A stretch of 63,929 bases of DNA, counting the filler, from Phoronis australis (Eukaryota > Animalia > Phoronida): the NCBI GenBank assembly GCA_002633005.1. It is 11 parts of 11 records of this genome, joined end to end, with 100 filler letters (N's around TTAATTAATTAA, not from the genome) between each part and the next. Parts side by side here need not be neighbours in the genome. Positions count along the whole stretch, not along the records: positions 48,209 to 52,694 come from NMRA01000423.1; positions 52,795 to 55,349 come from NMRA01003611.1; positions 55,450 to 59,975 come from NMRA01002563.1; 8 more parts are not named here. The stretch is one strand, 5' to 3'. Below, in pieces: positions 48,981 through 59,671 of the stretch; position 1 is the first letter of the stretch, and each line of letters opens with the position of its first letter. Under the pieces are notes generated by a model. The model made no database searches and had not been told where the DNA came from. It worked only from the letters and a program-made list of their open reading frames with translations. The translations under genes were made by a program, and so were the position numbers.

Positions 48981-51943
48981 CGCAACACTTGTTCTCCACA
49001 AACTAAACATAAAAATAAACTAAAATAATGCAAATCGTTAAATAATCACAAATGCTTTGGCCAAAAGCATGCTTCTAGAAATGTTCATTATAACACAAAA
49101 TTGCTACCAAGTGACGCAAGATCTCAAAAATCTTCCTAAAACAGATTGCGTCGAAATCTTCATACTAGTAGCTGAAGAGTCAAACATATAACATGAAATT
49201 GGTACACCTGTTTTTGAAATCACGTTCATACGAATGCAGTTTCTAAATTTCATAAGGACCTTGCAGTGAGTGTAGCGCAGGCTTGGATGAAAAATACCCG
49301 CAGTACTCGGGTCATGTCAAAACACGCACTCAAGGCATTGTATGAGAAGGCCGGATGACGTATTGATGATGTGTCGGAAGAAAGTATTGTGTTTAGTGGT
49401 AGTTAGGTGTTAAACAACAGGTATTGCAGGAATTTGAAAGCCTCAAAATAGTCGACTTTGTGCGGAATTGCACAATTGATGAATCGAGTGCTCTTTCGGA
49501 AAAAAGTATGCCAAATATGCAAAAATACATGTGGTCAGCAACAAAATGACACGTGCAAAAATATACCACAAAGTGTAGCGGGTAGATCAGGTGTCACTGC
49601 TACTTCGGATGTTGACAAGGCCAGAACTGGGCTACTGTAACTGCGGAAAGAAAATGGTTCCTTTGAAAGATAAGTTGAGTATTATAGGAGTTTGTGGTAC
49701 ACTTTTGACCTAGAAATGTCAATTCCATTCTTAGTGCACGCTGAAGATGCTACCAACAACTGGCACTGGTGACAACGTTTACCCTGTGGACTTGAAATAA
49801 AATTAGGAGTGAGACTCAAGTAAAAGAAAGTGAAAAATATTATGTACGAGCTAGAAATTGGGTCGCTCTATGACGCTGCAACGGAGTTGAGACGCTTTTT
49901 AGGAGTGAAGATACATGTTATTTCGATCAAAAAATTATCTCTATGTCTGCGTCTGAAAAAGAGTTAGATTTCTTACCAAAAACTCTTGTTGTTTTTCGTT
50001 CGGTTATGATTCTTGCAAACGCCTCACGTGGTAGTGGCCTCTGACATATTATTACTGGACACCTTCTTTTCCAGTAAAGGTTGATTTTACATGCAAAACG
50101 TGTTCCGTCCATATCCTCGCTTAAAAGAAATAATTTTGCTCCATTTGTGACTTAATTGTTTGTGTTTAATATTTTTACCCTTTTCCTAAATCTCGCACAA
50201 CCTAGAACTGCGCAATGTAAATTCCTAAATATCTTTAACTGGGACAAACTGGCTACGTGACGTCAACTCCAGCACCCTTGAGTATACCTTTAAGATCTGG
50301 ACAACTTTTCACATACGGTCTTTTTGACTCTCTGTTAGGTATGCTAGGTATTCCCTGTAGGGGCAGTGCTATTTGTGATGGGAAAGTACTAGATGGTCGG
50401 CGAGGGTGTTGAGACAATTCAGTTCACGTCTGCTCACTAAGCAAGAAGGGCACGCAACCGTTCACTCCGCAGACAACGCTTGAACAATAGGTTGAGATAA
50501 TAATTGAAATTCCTAAGGCAAAATTGGAAGCATATAGACAATGGTGAAGCTAAGCATTACAATGTAGAAACACGGTGTCATAATTACATGCACAGCTTCC
50601 AACGCCAAGAGTAAAGTACCTCTCCGCTAACTTGTCTATTACACCTCTCGTAGCCGTCGGACCGACAGAACTGAAATTTGCAATCTTGGACTGAACTACT
50701 TCCCATTCACCTACCTGAACGACAGGGACGAGACAGCCTAAATAGTTTGATAACCATAACATAAGTTGTTTTATTGACCATGTGTATTTTCCAACTTTTA
50801 TTTTACAGTAACATATTATATGTTCAGGCTCGACTGTTGACAAACATAATCCACTTATTTTACAAATCATGTCTATTTTACTTTATATTACCTAAGGAGA
50901 TTTATATGAAACCAAAAGACTCAAAATAACCCAAATTTTCCCAGCACTGGAAAAAAATACCAAATGTGGAAAACATGTTGGTTAGCAACAAGATACCACG
51001 TGATAATGACGTGTGCTTACTTGGCTCTGAATATGTGCCATACGTGAAACATTTCCATAAAATGTAACCTGAAGAGCAGGCGTTACTTCAAATTCGGATG
51101 TTGGCAAGGACAGGACTTGGCTCCTATGACTGCAGGAAGAGATGGTTCCTTTGAGAGATAAATTCATCGAGAATTATGGGGGCTTGTGGCAGCCTTGTGG
51201 CCTTGAAATATCTGTTTCAATAGCTCACCCATTTTAGTGCACGGCAGAATATGCCACCAACCATTGGCACTGGTGACAACGTTAACTCCATGAACTCGAA
51301 ATTACGGGTGAAAAACAATCGTAAAAGCTAGCAGAAAAGTTGAATACCAGCTAGAAATTGGGTCACTCTCACCTGCCGCAAGGGAGTTGCGACGCCCCTT
51401 TTCGAATATCACTGTTTACTAGCCCAAATCCGAAAAGACGAGTGAAAATATCTCTTCTGTATGCGGTGCAATGTAGGCGAGGTACATGTAGAATTGCAGA
51501 TAATACACGCCCCTAGACTTCACCAATTTCACTCACATCCAGGTTGAAATAAAAAGAGATGGTCACACTTGTCACCAAGTATAGTGCATAATGAATCAGG
51601 TCACGTGACCATGATCTTCATGATACACATTAGCAAGATGATCTTGTATCAAGCAGACGACAGAGCCATATGGACAGACTTGTCACATAAGTTCAACAAA
51701 AGCCTTAGAGAGTCGCGTTACATGTTAGCTCTGAGGATTTCCTGTTGTGTGAGATTACATGTACATGTATGTCATGTACTTTACGCAGGGGATCAGCATT
51801 CATGCGTTACTACGCGAAGTTTTATTTTGCTTATTGACATAATTGTACTGAGGCCATTTTAACATTCACGTTTTTGATATTTAACTGTAAATTGTATGGT
51901 CTCCACTTTAATGTTGCTCTTTACAGTAAATTGTGTATTTCAG

Positions 51944-52051
51944 AGCCCGATGTCAGTGGTGACATTGGAAGACAGATCTCAGATATCTATGATGATGCCG
52001 ATGAATTTGAGTATAGCTATAGAAGAGGTCAAAAACAGGGTACGATGGCAG
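51944..52051 (+). CDS. Unidentified internal exon (108 nt)
   Basis: TATTTCAG acceptor, CAG|GTATGC donor; phase-1 reading PDVSGDIGRQISDIYDDADEFEYSYRRGQKQGTMA. Confidence 0.5.
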
Positions 52052-53718
52052 GTATGCAATTTTTTGTATCATACCCTACCTGTTCACTTTATTGTTTTGT
52101 TGCTCTGTCTTCAAAATGCGTCACATTCAATAAAAATACCGTGTAATCTAAAAATCAAAGTTTGGTTGAGAAAAATCTGGAATTAAAAACGAGTGTGAAT
52201 ATCTCTCGGTTTACTTTGCTTACTAGAATTGTCTGCAGCCAGAGGAAAAAAATCGTGCCAAACCCAAGCTTATTTTGTTGACATTCTTCCTCCCCTGTTT
52301 ATAGTAAACTGTTGTTCGTTTGTGCCCATTAGGACTAAAGATTGACGCAGGAAGTTCAGTTCAGTTCCCATCAGGAAAAGTGACGGAAAAAGAAGGTAAA
52401 GTACAGCACACATCACGAATTTTTGGCCGACCGGTCGGAAATTGGTCGACGACCGGCCGTCGACCGGTCGTCTAGCCGACCAGCAGCCGACCAACAACGG
52501 TCGGCTAGGAGCCGTCTACTGAGTCGCGTCTGTGGTCGGCACTTGAGTCGGCTAAGTGGTCGCCTAGCGTAGACGACCAATTCGGATTAAGCGTGTCCTT
52601 GGTCGGCAATTACCATTATATGACTTAACGGGTGAACTTTGGCCAAACAAACATTTTACTGTTCGCTGTTCGTTCACCACTGGCAACTCAGGTCNNNNNN
52701 NNNNNNNNNNNNNNNNNNNNNNNNNNNNNNNNNNNNNNTTAATTAATTAANNNNNNNNNNNNNNNNNNNNNNNNNNNNNNNNNNNNNNNNNNNNTCACCT
52801 GATCACAAGGGATTTGGTCTGTGCTTGAGGGCTCAACTTTCCGCCTACTGTCTAGAGTGGTGGTTAGAATTTCTTGTATTAATATCCGTATTGAGACTGT
52901 TTTGACCATTTCACGACCTCTGTGGAGTGTCTGGGGAGGAAATTACAAACTTAATCATCTTGATTATTCTTTTTCATCCAAAGCAAACTGCTCGGTTCCC
53001 GTCAATTTTCTTAACCTGTGTATTAAATCTGCGTGTTATCAAGTTTGATTCTACCAAGGAGACAGAGTGATTGAAGATTAATCGATTCATTCTTTCATCT
53101 TGTTTACTCTAAATTATGATTCCATTGACGTTAGTGTCGTGGTGTTGCAACTGCAAGTCAAATGTTTATTGGGTATGGAATGAAAAGCTAATTAATTAAT
53201 GCTGATAGCAAGAATGAGTCATTATCTTGAGGTTACTAGATCCACTCAGTCTCTGCTGTATACATCTGTCCCTTGCTTTTGTATTAATTAGACTTCTTTG
53301 AGTTACGAGGATTTGATGTGCAATTCAATCTCATCCATTACGTCATTTAGTGAAAGCCAATTCCGGCATCTTGTTGTTTTTGTCAATTTTGTGAAAGCAA
53401 TATGATGTATTAAAATAAGCTTGAGTTTCTTTGTTGAAGTGATTTAATGAGGTGAGAAAGTTATGTCTCTCAAATTGCGTTAAGCTTTGTAATTGAATTT
53501 TTTTATCACTAGCTGTACCCACAGCTTTTTATAGGAAAAAATCTTTCTGTCCAATTAGTTTTGCCCTTTGTTGCATGTCAGTTACAAGACTTTTTTTCAC
53601 AGTAGGTTCATTTACCCATAAATCATATTCATGGATATGGTTGCAGAGGCATAGCCCCAGCTACAAATCCTTACAACATAAATATTTGAAATAACTTATT
53701 TTTATTTGTATATTTCAG

Positions 53719-53918
53719 CCCCGTGCTCTTGCTCAATATGTACGACTACCCAGGTGGACCCTTACCTTCACAAGTGGCAGCAAGATCCATGTCAGCACAT
53801 GTGGCACCAGCCAGTGCCAGACGTGGATGTTATCTCGACTGGTTCAAGTACGTGGACTTCTGGTGAAGACATCTCCTCTGTCTGGTCTCTGCGTAAAGAT
53901 ATACAAGTCACAGCTCAG
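53719..53918 (+). CDS. Penultimate exon of an unidentified gene
   Basis: TATTTCAG/GTGAGT boundaries; PCSCSICTTTQVDPYLHKWQQDPCQHMWHQPVPD..KDIQVTAQ, phase 1-0. Confidence 0.65.
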
Positions 53919-54931
53919 GTGAGTTGACTGAGTGCGAATGCACACAGGTACTCGAAGGTGGCAATCGGTAGACTATGTTTCTTCCGAGAAAAGCGAGATA
54001 ACGCAAAGAGCACGCAAGTGGAAAGCAAGTTTCTGATCTGGGGACCACTCAGGAGACCAAGGTTCGTGAGATTACACAAAACGGCACAAAATCAGGCTTA
54101 GCCTAGTGAAAGGCCAGTATTTCGCGAGTATACTCAAAGCCCAACTAGCGTAGCCTAGCTGAAGTTATTAGTCAGTATAGAATTCACTGTTTCTGTTCCG
54201 TAATTGAAGGTTTTTGTGCAAGTGAAAGCTAATGTCTAGTCTGTGGAATACAGCCATGTACTGGTAACTAAAAAATACCACTTCAGTACTAGGTTTTTTA
54301 TCTGTCTTCAAAAAACTTAGTTACGTGAAATGTGTGAAAGAAATTAATCTTCAGGAGGTTAAATTGTGTTTATATATTAAGTGATGTTCAGCCAAATTTA
54401 AAAATGACTGTGTCTCAGTTATTGTTTATTTATGATTTTCTCTTTTGACTTTCATTCAGGGAGATTGTACAGATGTAGATCTGAACCTTGTTGGGGAATA
54501 AACTAATTTATGGGAACTTACTATTAGTAGTTTCAATTTCTAAAAGCATTTATAAATGTTTTGGGAAAGAAAACATGAACTGTTTATGAAATTACCGTTT
54601 ACGATTGCATTTTAGTGCACGTTTTGTAGAGTGTTAAATAAAGCATTGCAACTCACCCCGTAGTAGTGGACTTGCCGAGTTTGGTGTTAGAGAAAGAATG
54701 TTGAACCTCTTTACAATTTTGTACTATTGAGCATGTTTGCAAAAATCAACTATTTTGCTGTCCAACATCAATGTTTTTATGGGATGTGTGCGAATGAAGA
54801 GTGAAACTAAAGATAAATTTTAAAAGGACAACACCCTGCTGCATTTGTGGATGGTCAGTTAACAATTAAGTGTTGTTGACATTATGCTTTGTTTTGCCAA
54901 CTCGTCAGAATAACATTTGTGATTTTGACAG

Positions 54932-55042
54932 GTCAACCCTCAAATTGACAACACTGATCTTGTTACGACACTGGACATGGCAGTGGAGACATCTGTAGGT
55001 GGCGAACTGAAAGAGAGAGAGCTGGAGAGCACTCGGTTGTAG
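54932..55042 (+). CDS. Terminal exon of an unidentified gene ending in a class I PDZ-binding motif (ESTRL*)
   Basis: TTGACAG acceptor; VNPQIDNTDLVTTLDMAVETSVGGELKERELESTRL-stop; AATAAA at ~55194 and ~55212. Confidence 0.65.
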   Translation, partial: VNPQIDNTDLVTTLDMAVETSVGGELKERELESTRL

Positions 55043-55709
55043 TCAGGTCATGTGATGTCAAGGGGGACAGAGAACAATTGAATACTCATCTATGTATGTT
55101 TATCATATTCATTAAGTGTGAGTGCTCTAGTATTCAATAGATGTCAGCAGCATCTTTTGAATTGACCTCATTATGGGGTTTTTCGTTTATGTAAATAAAG
55201 CATAACATACAAATAAAGCTTTTTCATGGTGGGGTCAATTGACTGTGTGTGTGGTGTAACATTTCAATTTTATAAAGAACATTAATTTGATATTTTATCA
55301 ATGAAAACCAATTGATAAAAGTGCAACAGCACCTTCAATGTTTACAAGTNNNNNNNNNNNNNNNNNNNNNNNNNNNNNNNNNNNNNNNNNNNNTTAATTA
55401 ATTAANNNNNNNNNNNNNNNNNNNNNNNNNNNNNNNNNNNNNNNNNNNNTGTCTTGTGAACACGGATGCTGAAATGATGACTCCAGGTTAAAAATTGAAG
55501 AAGTTAATGACTGTTTAAAGTGGACCTTGATTGTAATCAGGAAGTTCTCATTTTAGCGCCAGCTTAGCCTGAATAAAAGGACAAACGTACTTGAATTTGG
55601 AAATAATAATTTGACAGAATTGAGGATGTTGCCCATTCTGATTGTATCACATAGTTAAATATTTCACTGTTCCATCTGGTGTCGTTTCAAATTGATGCAG
55701 TAGTTTTAC

Positions 55710-55786
55710 TCGCTTCTGTGATTAGAGAAATCTTGCGTAGTCATTGACTGTGATGATGCTAAGATAAGGCAGACGATGAGAAGCGA
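55710..55786 (+). ncRNA. Box C/D snoRNA, copy 1 (predicted 18S rRNA guide)
   Basis: Terminal stem TCGCTTC/GAAGCGA, C box GTGATTA, C' box GTGATGA, guide GATAAGGCAGAC, D box ATGA; in an RPS21 intron, sense strand. Confidence 0.8.
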
Positions 55787-56549
55787 TGTCAGGGCTCGAC
55801 GCTTAGCAAAACGTCAGCTCGTCCAATGTGACCTGGTGAAATTTTCTGGTCACCAAATAGGAACTAAGGTAGCCGAAAATGAAGTATGCTGTAGTGAAAA
55901 GTCGGTGAACTCGGGAAGTGTCCCACAGTGTGCCTGAGATTACTGAGTTTTTCTGCTTGAACAGAAAGTTAGGGAGTGCCACATGTACTTGGGTGATGAC
56001 CACTTTACTCACCCATACGCCCCTCTAAGGTCTGGTATCACCTCCTGAGACAGATGGTAATGATCTGGCTCTTCCGGTTTGTGCCGAACAGTTCTGACTT
56101 GCATCTGTGTACTACCTGTAGTATTTTGTGTGCGTGCTCTGATGTGGCTTGGCAACTTCGTGGCAACCTGGGATTTTGTTAAAATTGACCATTACATTTG
56201 TAATCAGACAGGAATATTTCTCTGCCAAGCAAAAATCGGTGATATACTAAACACATAATTGTTGTATGTACAAAATACCTTACACGGCCACTGACAATGC
56301 TTGTAATGAACAGTGGTTGAAAATCGGATTTTGGAAGTGGGATATCCCGTACCCCACACTACATGCAGCGTCTGGCTCTGCAGTCACTGAGACCTTTCAC
56401 CACCTTTCTTTGCTCAAAACCCATGGGAAACACTGGAACGTAAGGAATGAACTGTTGGAGGAATTGCTTCTATGACTAATAATAACCATGTGTAGTTCAC
56501 AGATAATTGAAAGTGTGCGTTCTGTTGCAGGCTTGTCACCACCAACACC

Positions 56550-56599
56550 ATGCAGAACGACACTGGTAAATCCGTGGATATGTACATCCCCAGGAAATG
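56550..56599 (+). CDS. RPS21: 40S ribosomal protein S21 (eS21), coding exon 1
   Basis: MQNDTGKSVDMYIPRK; upstream acceptor at 56530 implies a non-coding first exon outside the contig. Confidence 0.96.
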
Positions 56600-57293
56600 G
56601 TAATGTGAAGCGCACTAAGCAATAATTATGTTATCCCTGCAAAGTTAACCAGTACAACTTTTGCCTAGAAATCTTCTGAGCCATTTTAAATTGATCTTGT
56701 CTGAACGGTAGTGTGGGGAAATGTTGTGAGGTAAAGTTATGGTTGATTGAATCAGTTCTGACGCAGTGTGGTCACAATCGGTGTTTCGCTACTTGCAGTC
56801 AGACATGGTGTAGATCTAAGCATGTTTGAAAATTTCCGAGTGAGTTGATAATCTTAAGCTCAAGTTTGAAAATTGTTATTAAAACAAAAATTTTGAAGTT
56901 CCTTGTGCGTGCTATGAAACTGGTAAAATTACGAGTGCAGAAAATTATCGAGTCCAGTCGAGTCTCGAGTACTATTCAGAGATGATACTTGGAAACGGGA
57001 TGCAAAAAATGGCTTATAATTTGATTCACGTTTTGGAAACTGCAACAATTCTCAAGTCATCTCGTTGTGAACCATATGTAAACTCGGTCCATTCCTGAAC
57101 GTTCACGTTTGATATGGTGCTGGGCAGTTGTAGCTTTCTGTATGGCACTTGTGATTGGCTAAAATCAGTGTGACTGAAGAGGATGCAATGTAATCGTGAC
57201 ATAACTAGAATTTTGAGATTTAATTGTTCTAAAGTGTGTCGTCATCTCTCTTCCTGCGTATTAATAATATTTTGGAAACTATGAGTCAGTAGA

Positions 57294-57367
57294 TGCGGCT
57301 TCGATGATTAATTTCTTGTCTGATCACATTTGATGACTATTGATAAGGCAGACAATGAGAAGTCGCA
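57294..57367 (+). ncRNA. Box C/D snoRNA, copy 2 (diverged paralogue)
   Basis: Stem TGCGGCTTC/GAAGTCGCA, C ATGATTA, D' CTGA, C' TTGATGA, guide TTGATAAGGCAGACA, D ATGA. Confidence 0.82.
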
Positions 57368-57509
57368 CATAACACCTAAAATTCTTATTTTTGTTCTTTT
57401 CTTACTCAATACCTTTTTGGTGTATTTACTAGTAATTACTCCATCTTAACACACCATCTATCAGTTGTTCGATTCATGGCAAATGATGTCGTGACCTCTT
57501 ACTTTTTAG

Positions 57510-57573
57510 TTCATCAAGCAACAGGATCATCGGTGCCAAGGACCACGCGTCTATCCAGATTAATATAGCTCAG
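57510..57573 (+). CDS. RPS21: RPS21 coding exon 2
   Basis: (C)SSSNRIIGAKDHASIQINIAQ. Confidence 0.96.
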
Positions 57574-57586
57574 GTAAGCACACTTA

Positions 57587-57737
57587 TACAGCATGTCTAC
57601 GTGTGGGTTACAGTACAATTGGGACCTCATTACACATATACAGCATGTCTACGTGTGGGTTACAGTACAATTGGGACCTCATTACACATATACAGCATGT
57701 CTACGTGCAGGTTACAGTACAATTGGGACCTCATTAC
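57587..57737. repeat. 52-bp minisatellite, ~3 copies, in an RPS21 intron
   Basis: TACAGCATGTCTACGTGTGGGTTACAGTACAATTGGGACCTCATTACACATA repeated. Confidence 0.92.
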
Positions 57738-58543
57738 AATGTATCCTGCTCAGAATGTTAACAGCCATGTAAGTTACAAACTTCCAAATCGTGATTTTTT
57801 CCTAATCCTGATGCATTTCTGGTACGAGTAACAGTCCTTTACAGCATACACCTCTGCAACGATGACGCTCAAAATTTCTGGTCTGTAGTGACCATTAATA
57901 TGTTTACATAGAGAAGCGGCTGACTGCGACTCAATCTGAAGAATGTTCCCGCATGCGTATGCCACTAGTAAATGAACTGCCATTGTGTTTTGAGTTGTGT
58001 ACGAAGTTGTAGGACGAACTACTGTACTGTTTGGTTTCTAAAGATGCCTCAGTTGGTCAGTATTTCAGTGAAATGTTAACGGATTAGTTGGAATCAAAGA
58101 GCGGAAATTCTAGCAAAAGTACAAAAGTGTTGTGTCGCAAACTAAACTGAGGGAAGAGTATCATTTGGCTCTCTCAACCATCACTGTTAAGTTGACAGTG
58201 AAGCAAAGATCATGCATGAGTATGAAGGTTGGAAGATAGTCGGACTTTTTTTGTGTCGCTGCTCACCTTGAGTTGGAAAACACTGGTTTCAATAGGTGAA
58301 AGTTCACCAACACTGTCCCCTTCTGCTTGAAAAAGCATTGGTATTTGCACGCAGTTTGAACATTGGAAATTTTAACAGTAGCAGTGGTTGGTTATATAGC
58401 TTGGGAGCGTGACATAACAATCGGAATCTGTCAATTTGGAGACTGAAGAAACTGGAAAGATACTCGCGAACTACACAACTTGTTTAATGCTGGTGAAAGT
58501 GGACTTATGTGTTGAAGGATGTAGTAAAAGTGTAAGGTAGTCA

Positions 58544-58676
58544 GGCGAAATGACTCGAAATTCCCTGTCCTGACGGGAGCCAAATTCATTGTTAGAGTGG
58601 TCTTCTTTCAAGACTGAGAATGATGGGGAATTGAGAGGAATGTTACTAATGTGATTAAGCCGTACTGAATTTCGCT
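58544..58676 (+). ncRNA. Candidate long box C/D RNA
   Basis: Terminal stem GGCGAAAT/ATTTCGCT, C-like ATGACT, D' CTGA (58570), C' ATGATG (58620), D CTGA (58665), internal stem AATTCCC/GGGAATT. Confidence 0.5.
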
Positions 58677-59137
58677 GCCCTAACACTTATTACCAGTCAT
58701 TACCAGTCAAATTTTCTGTCAACAATAGCTCTCATGACAGGGAAAATAGTATTTTGTCTGATTATTTTTGTCTTGTACTGTAGGTTGCGTGAGTCTCCAT
58801 GTTAAGGACTAGGGATGTTGTAGACCAAAGCTGAGTTGGGCGCGCATCACCACAATGTGTTGTGCAATCATGAATGGACCAGAAAAAAAATAAAAAGGAC
58901 CTTCAGAGAACACTTGCATAAAAGAGTGCTCGTGAAGGTGTGTGGTAATAGAGGCATTCAAGATGTGAATGATGGAAAAAGCCAGCCCTGATTAAAAAGT
59001 ATCGTTGTAACATACAGATTTTGAAAGCCATTGATGTATGTTGTAAGGAGGTTTGACTGTCAGTACGACGGTACTGCTTTCCAGTTCAAAATGTTGCCGC
59101 TGTTGTGGGACAAACCCAAACTGTATTGTTGTTTCAG

Positions 59138-59209
59138 GTTGATGAAAGCACAGGTCGTATGACCGGCGGATACACCACGTACGCCATCTGTGGGGAGATC
59201 AGGCGACAG
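59138..59209 (+). CDS. RPS21: RPS21 coding exon 3
   Basis: VDESTGRMTGGYTTYAICGEIRRQ. Confidence 0.96.
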
Positions 59210-59594
59210 GTGAGCTCCGTGAACTGTATTTTTAGGTTACGCTACATATTCTATTAATATTTTTGTCTGACATTCAACCACTGTTATTGGTGAATTTTTT
59301 TGCGCTGGTGCTTTCTTCTGCGTACTGGTCAGTTGTTCTTGTGTTTTTCCAAGTGGTTTTGCGAGGTTGCATAGAAGTTATATGCTGGATAACAGCAATG
59401 TTGCATTTATAGGGCACGTTACCATTGTTGAAAAATACAATTGAGGCCTGAAACAGTCGTACTTATTCAGTGGTTGAGTTTCAAATTTTTTATGCAACCC
59501 TGTCCTGTTTGTTGATTTTTAAGGTCAGTTGGTGAAAAATGCAGCTGCATGTGTTCTATCTGGTGTCATTTTAAATTGACACAGGTAGTTTTTC

Positions 59595-59671
59595 TCGCTT
59601 CTGTGATTAGAGAAATCTTGCGTAGTCATTGACTGTGATGATGCTAAGATAAGGCAGACGATGAGAAGCGA
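59595..59671 (+). ncRNA. Box C/D snoRNA, copy 3 (identical to copy 1)
   Basis: 77 nt identical to 55710-55786; ~45 nt of 5' flank also similar. Confidence 0.8.

Noticed and set aside
55778-55787. GAGAAGCGAT is complementary to the U2 snRNA 5' end
   Set aside because: It overlaps the D box and terminal stem and is not kept in the diverged paralogue, so it is likely coincidental.
22843-57737. 24-52 bp tandem repeats as CRISPR arrays
   Set aside because: Head-to-tail units with no unique spacers, no cas genes, eukaryotic intronic context.
55898-58087. Functional SECIS elements
   Set aside because: They are intronic, no in-frame UGA is seen in the RPS21 exons present, and helix and apical geometry deviate from SECIS.
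57090-58454. Type II hammerhead ribozymes (GAA...CTGAAGA)
   Set aside because: The core reads GAAC rather than GAAA, stem II is out of register, and there is no three-way junction with an NUH cleavage site.
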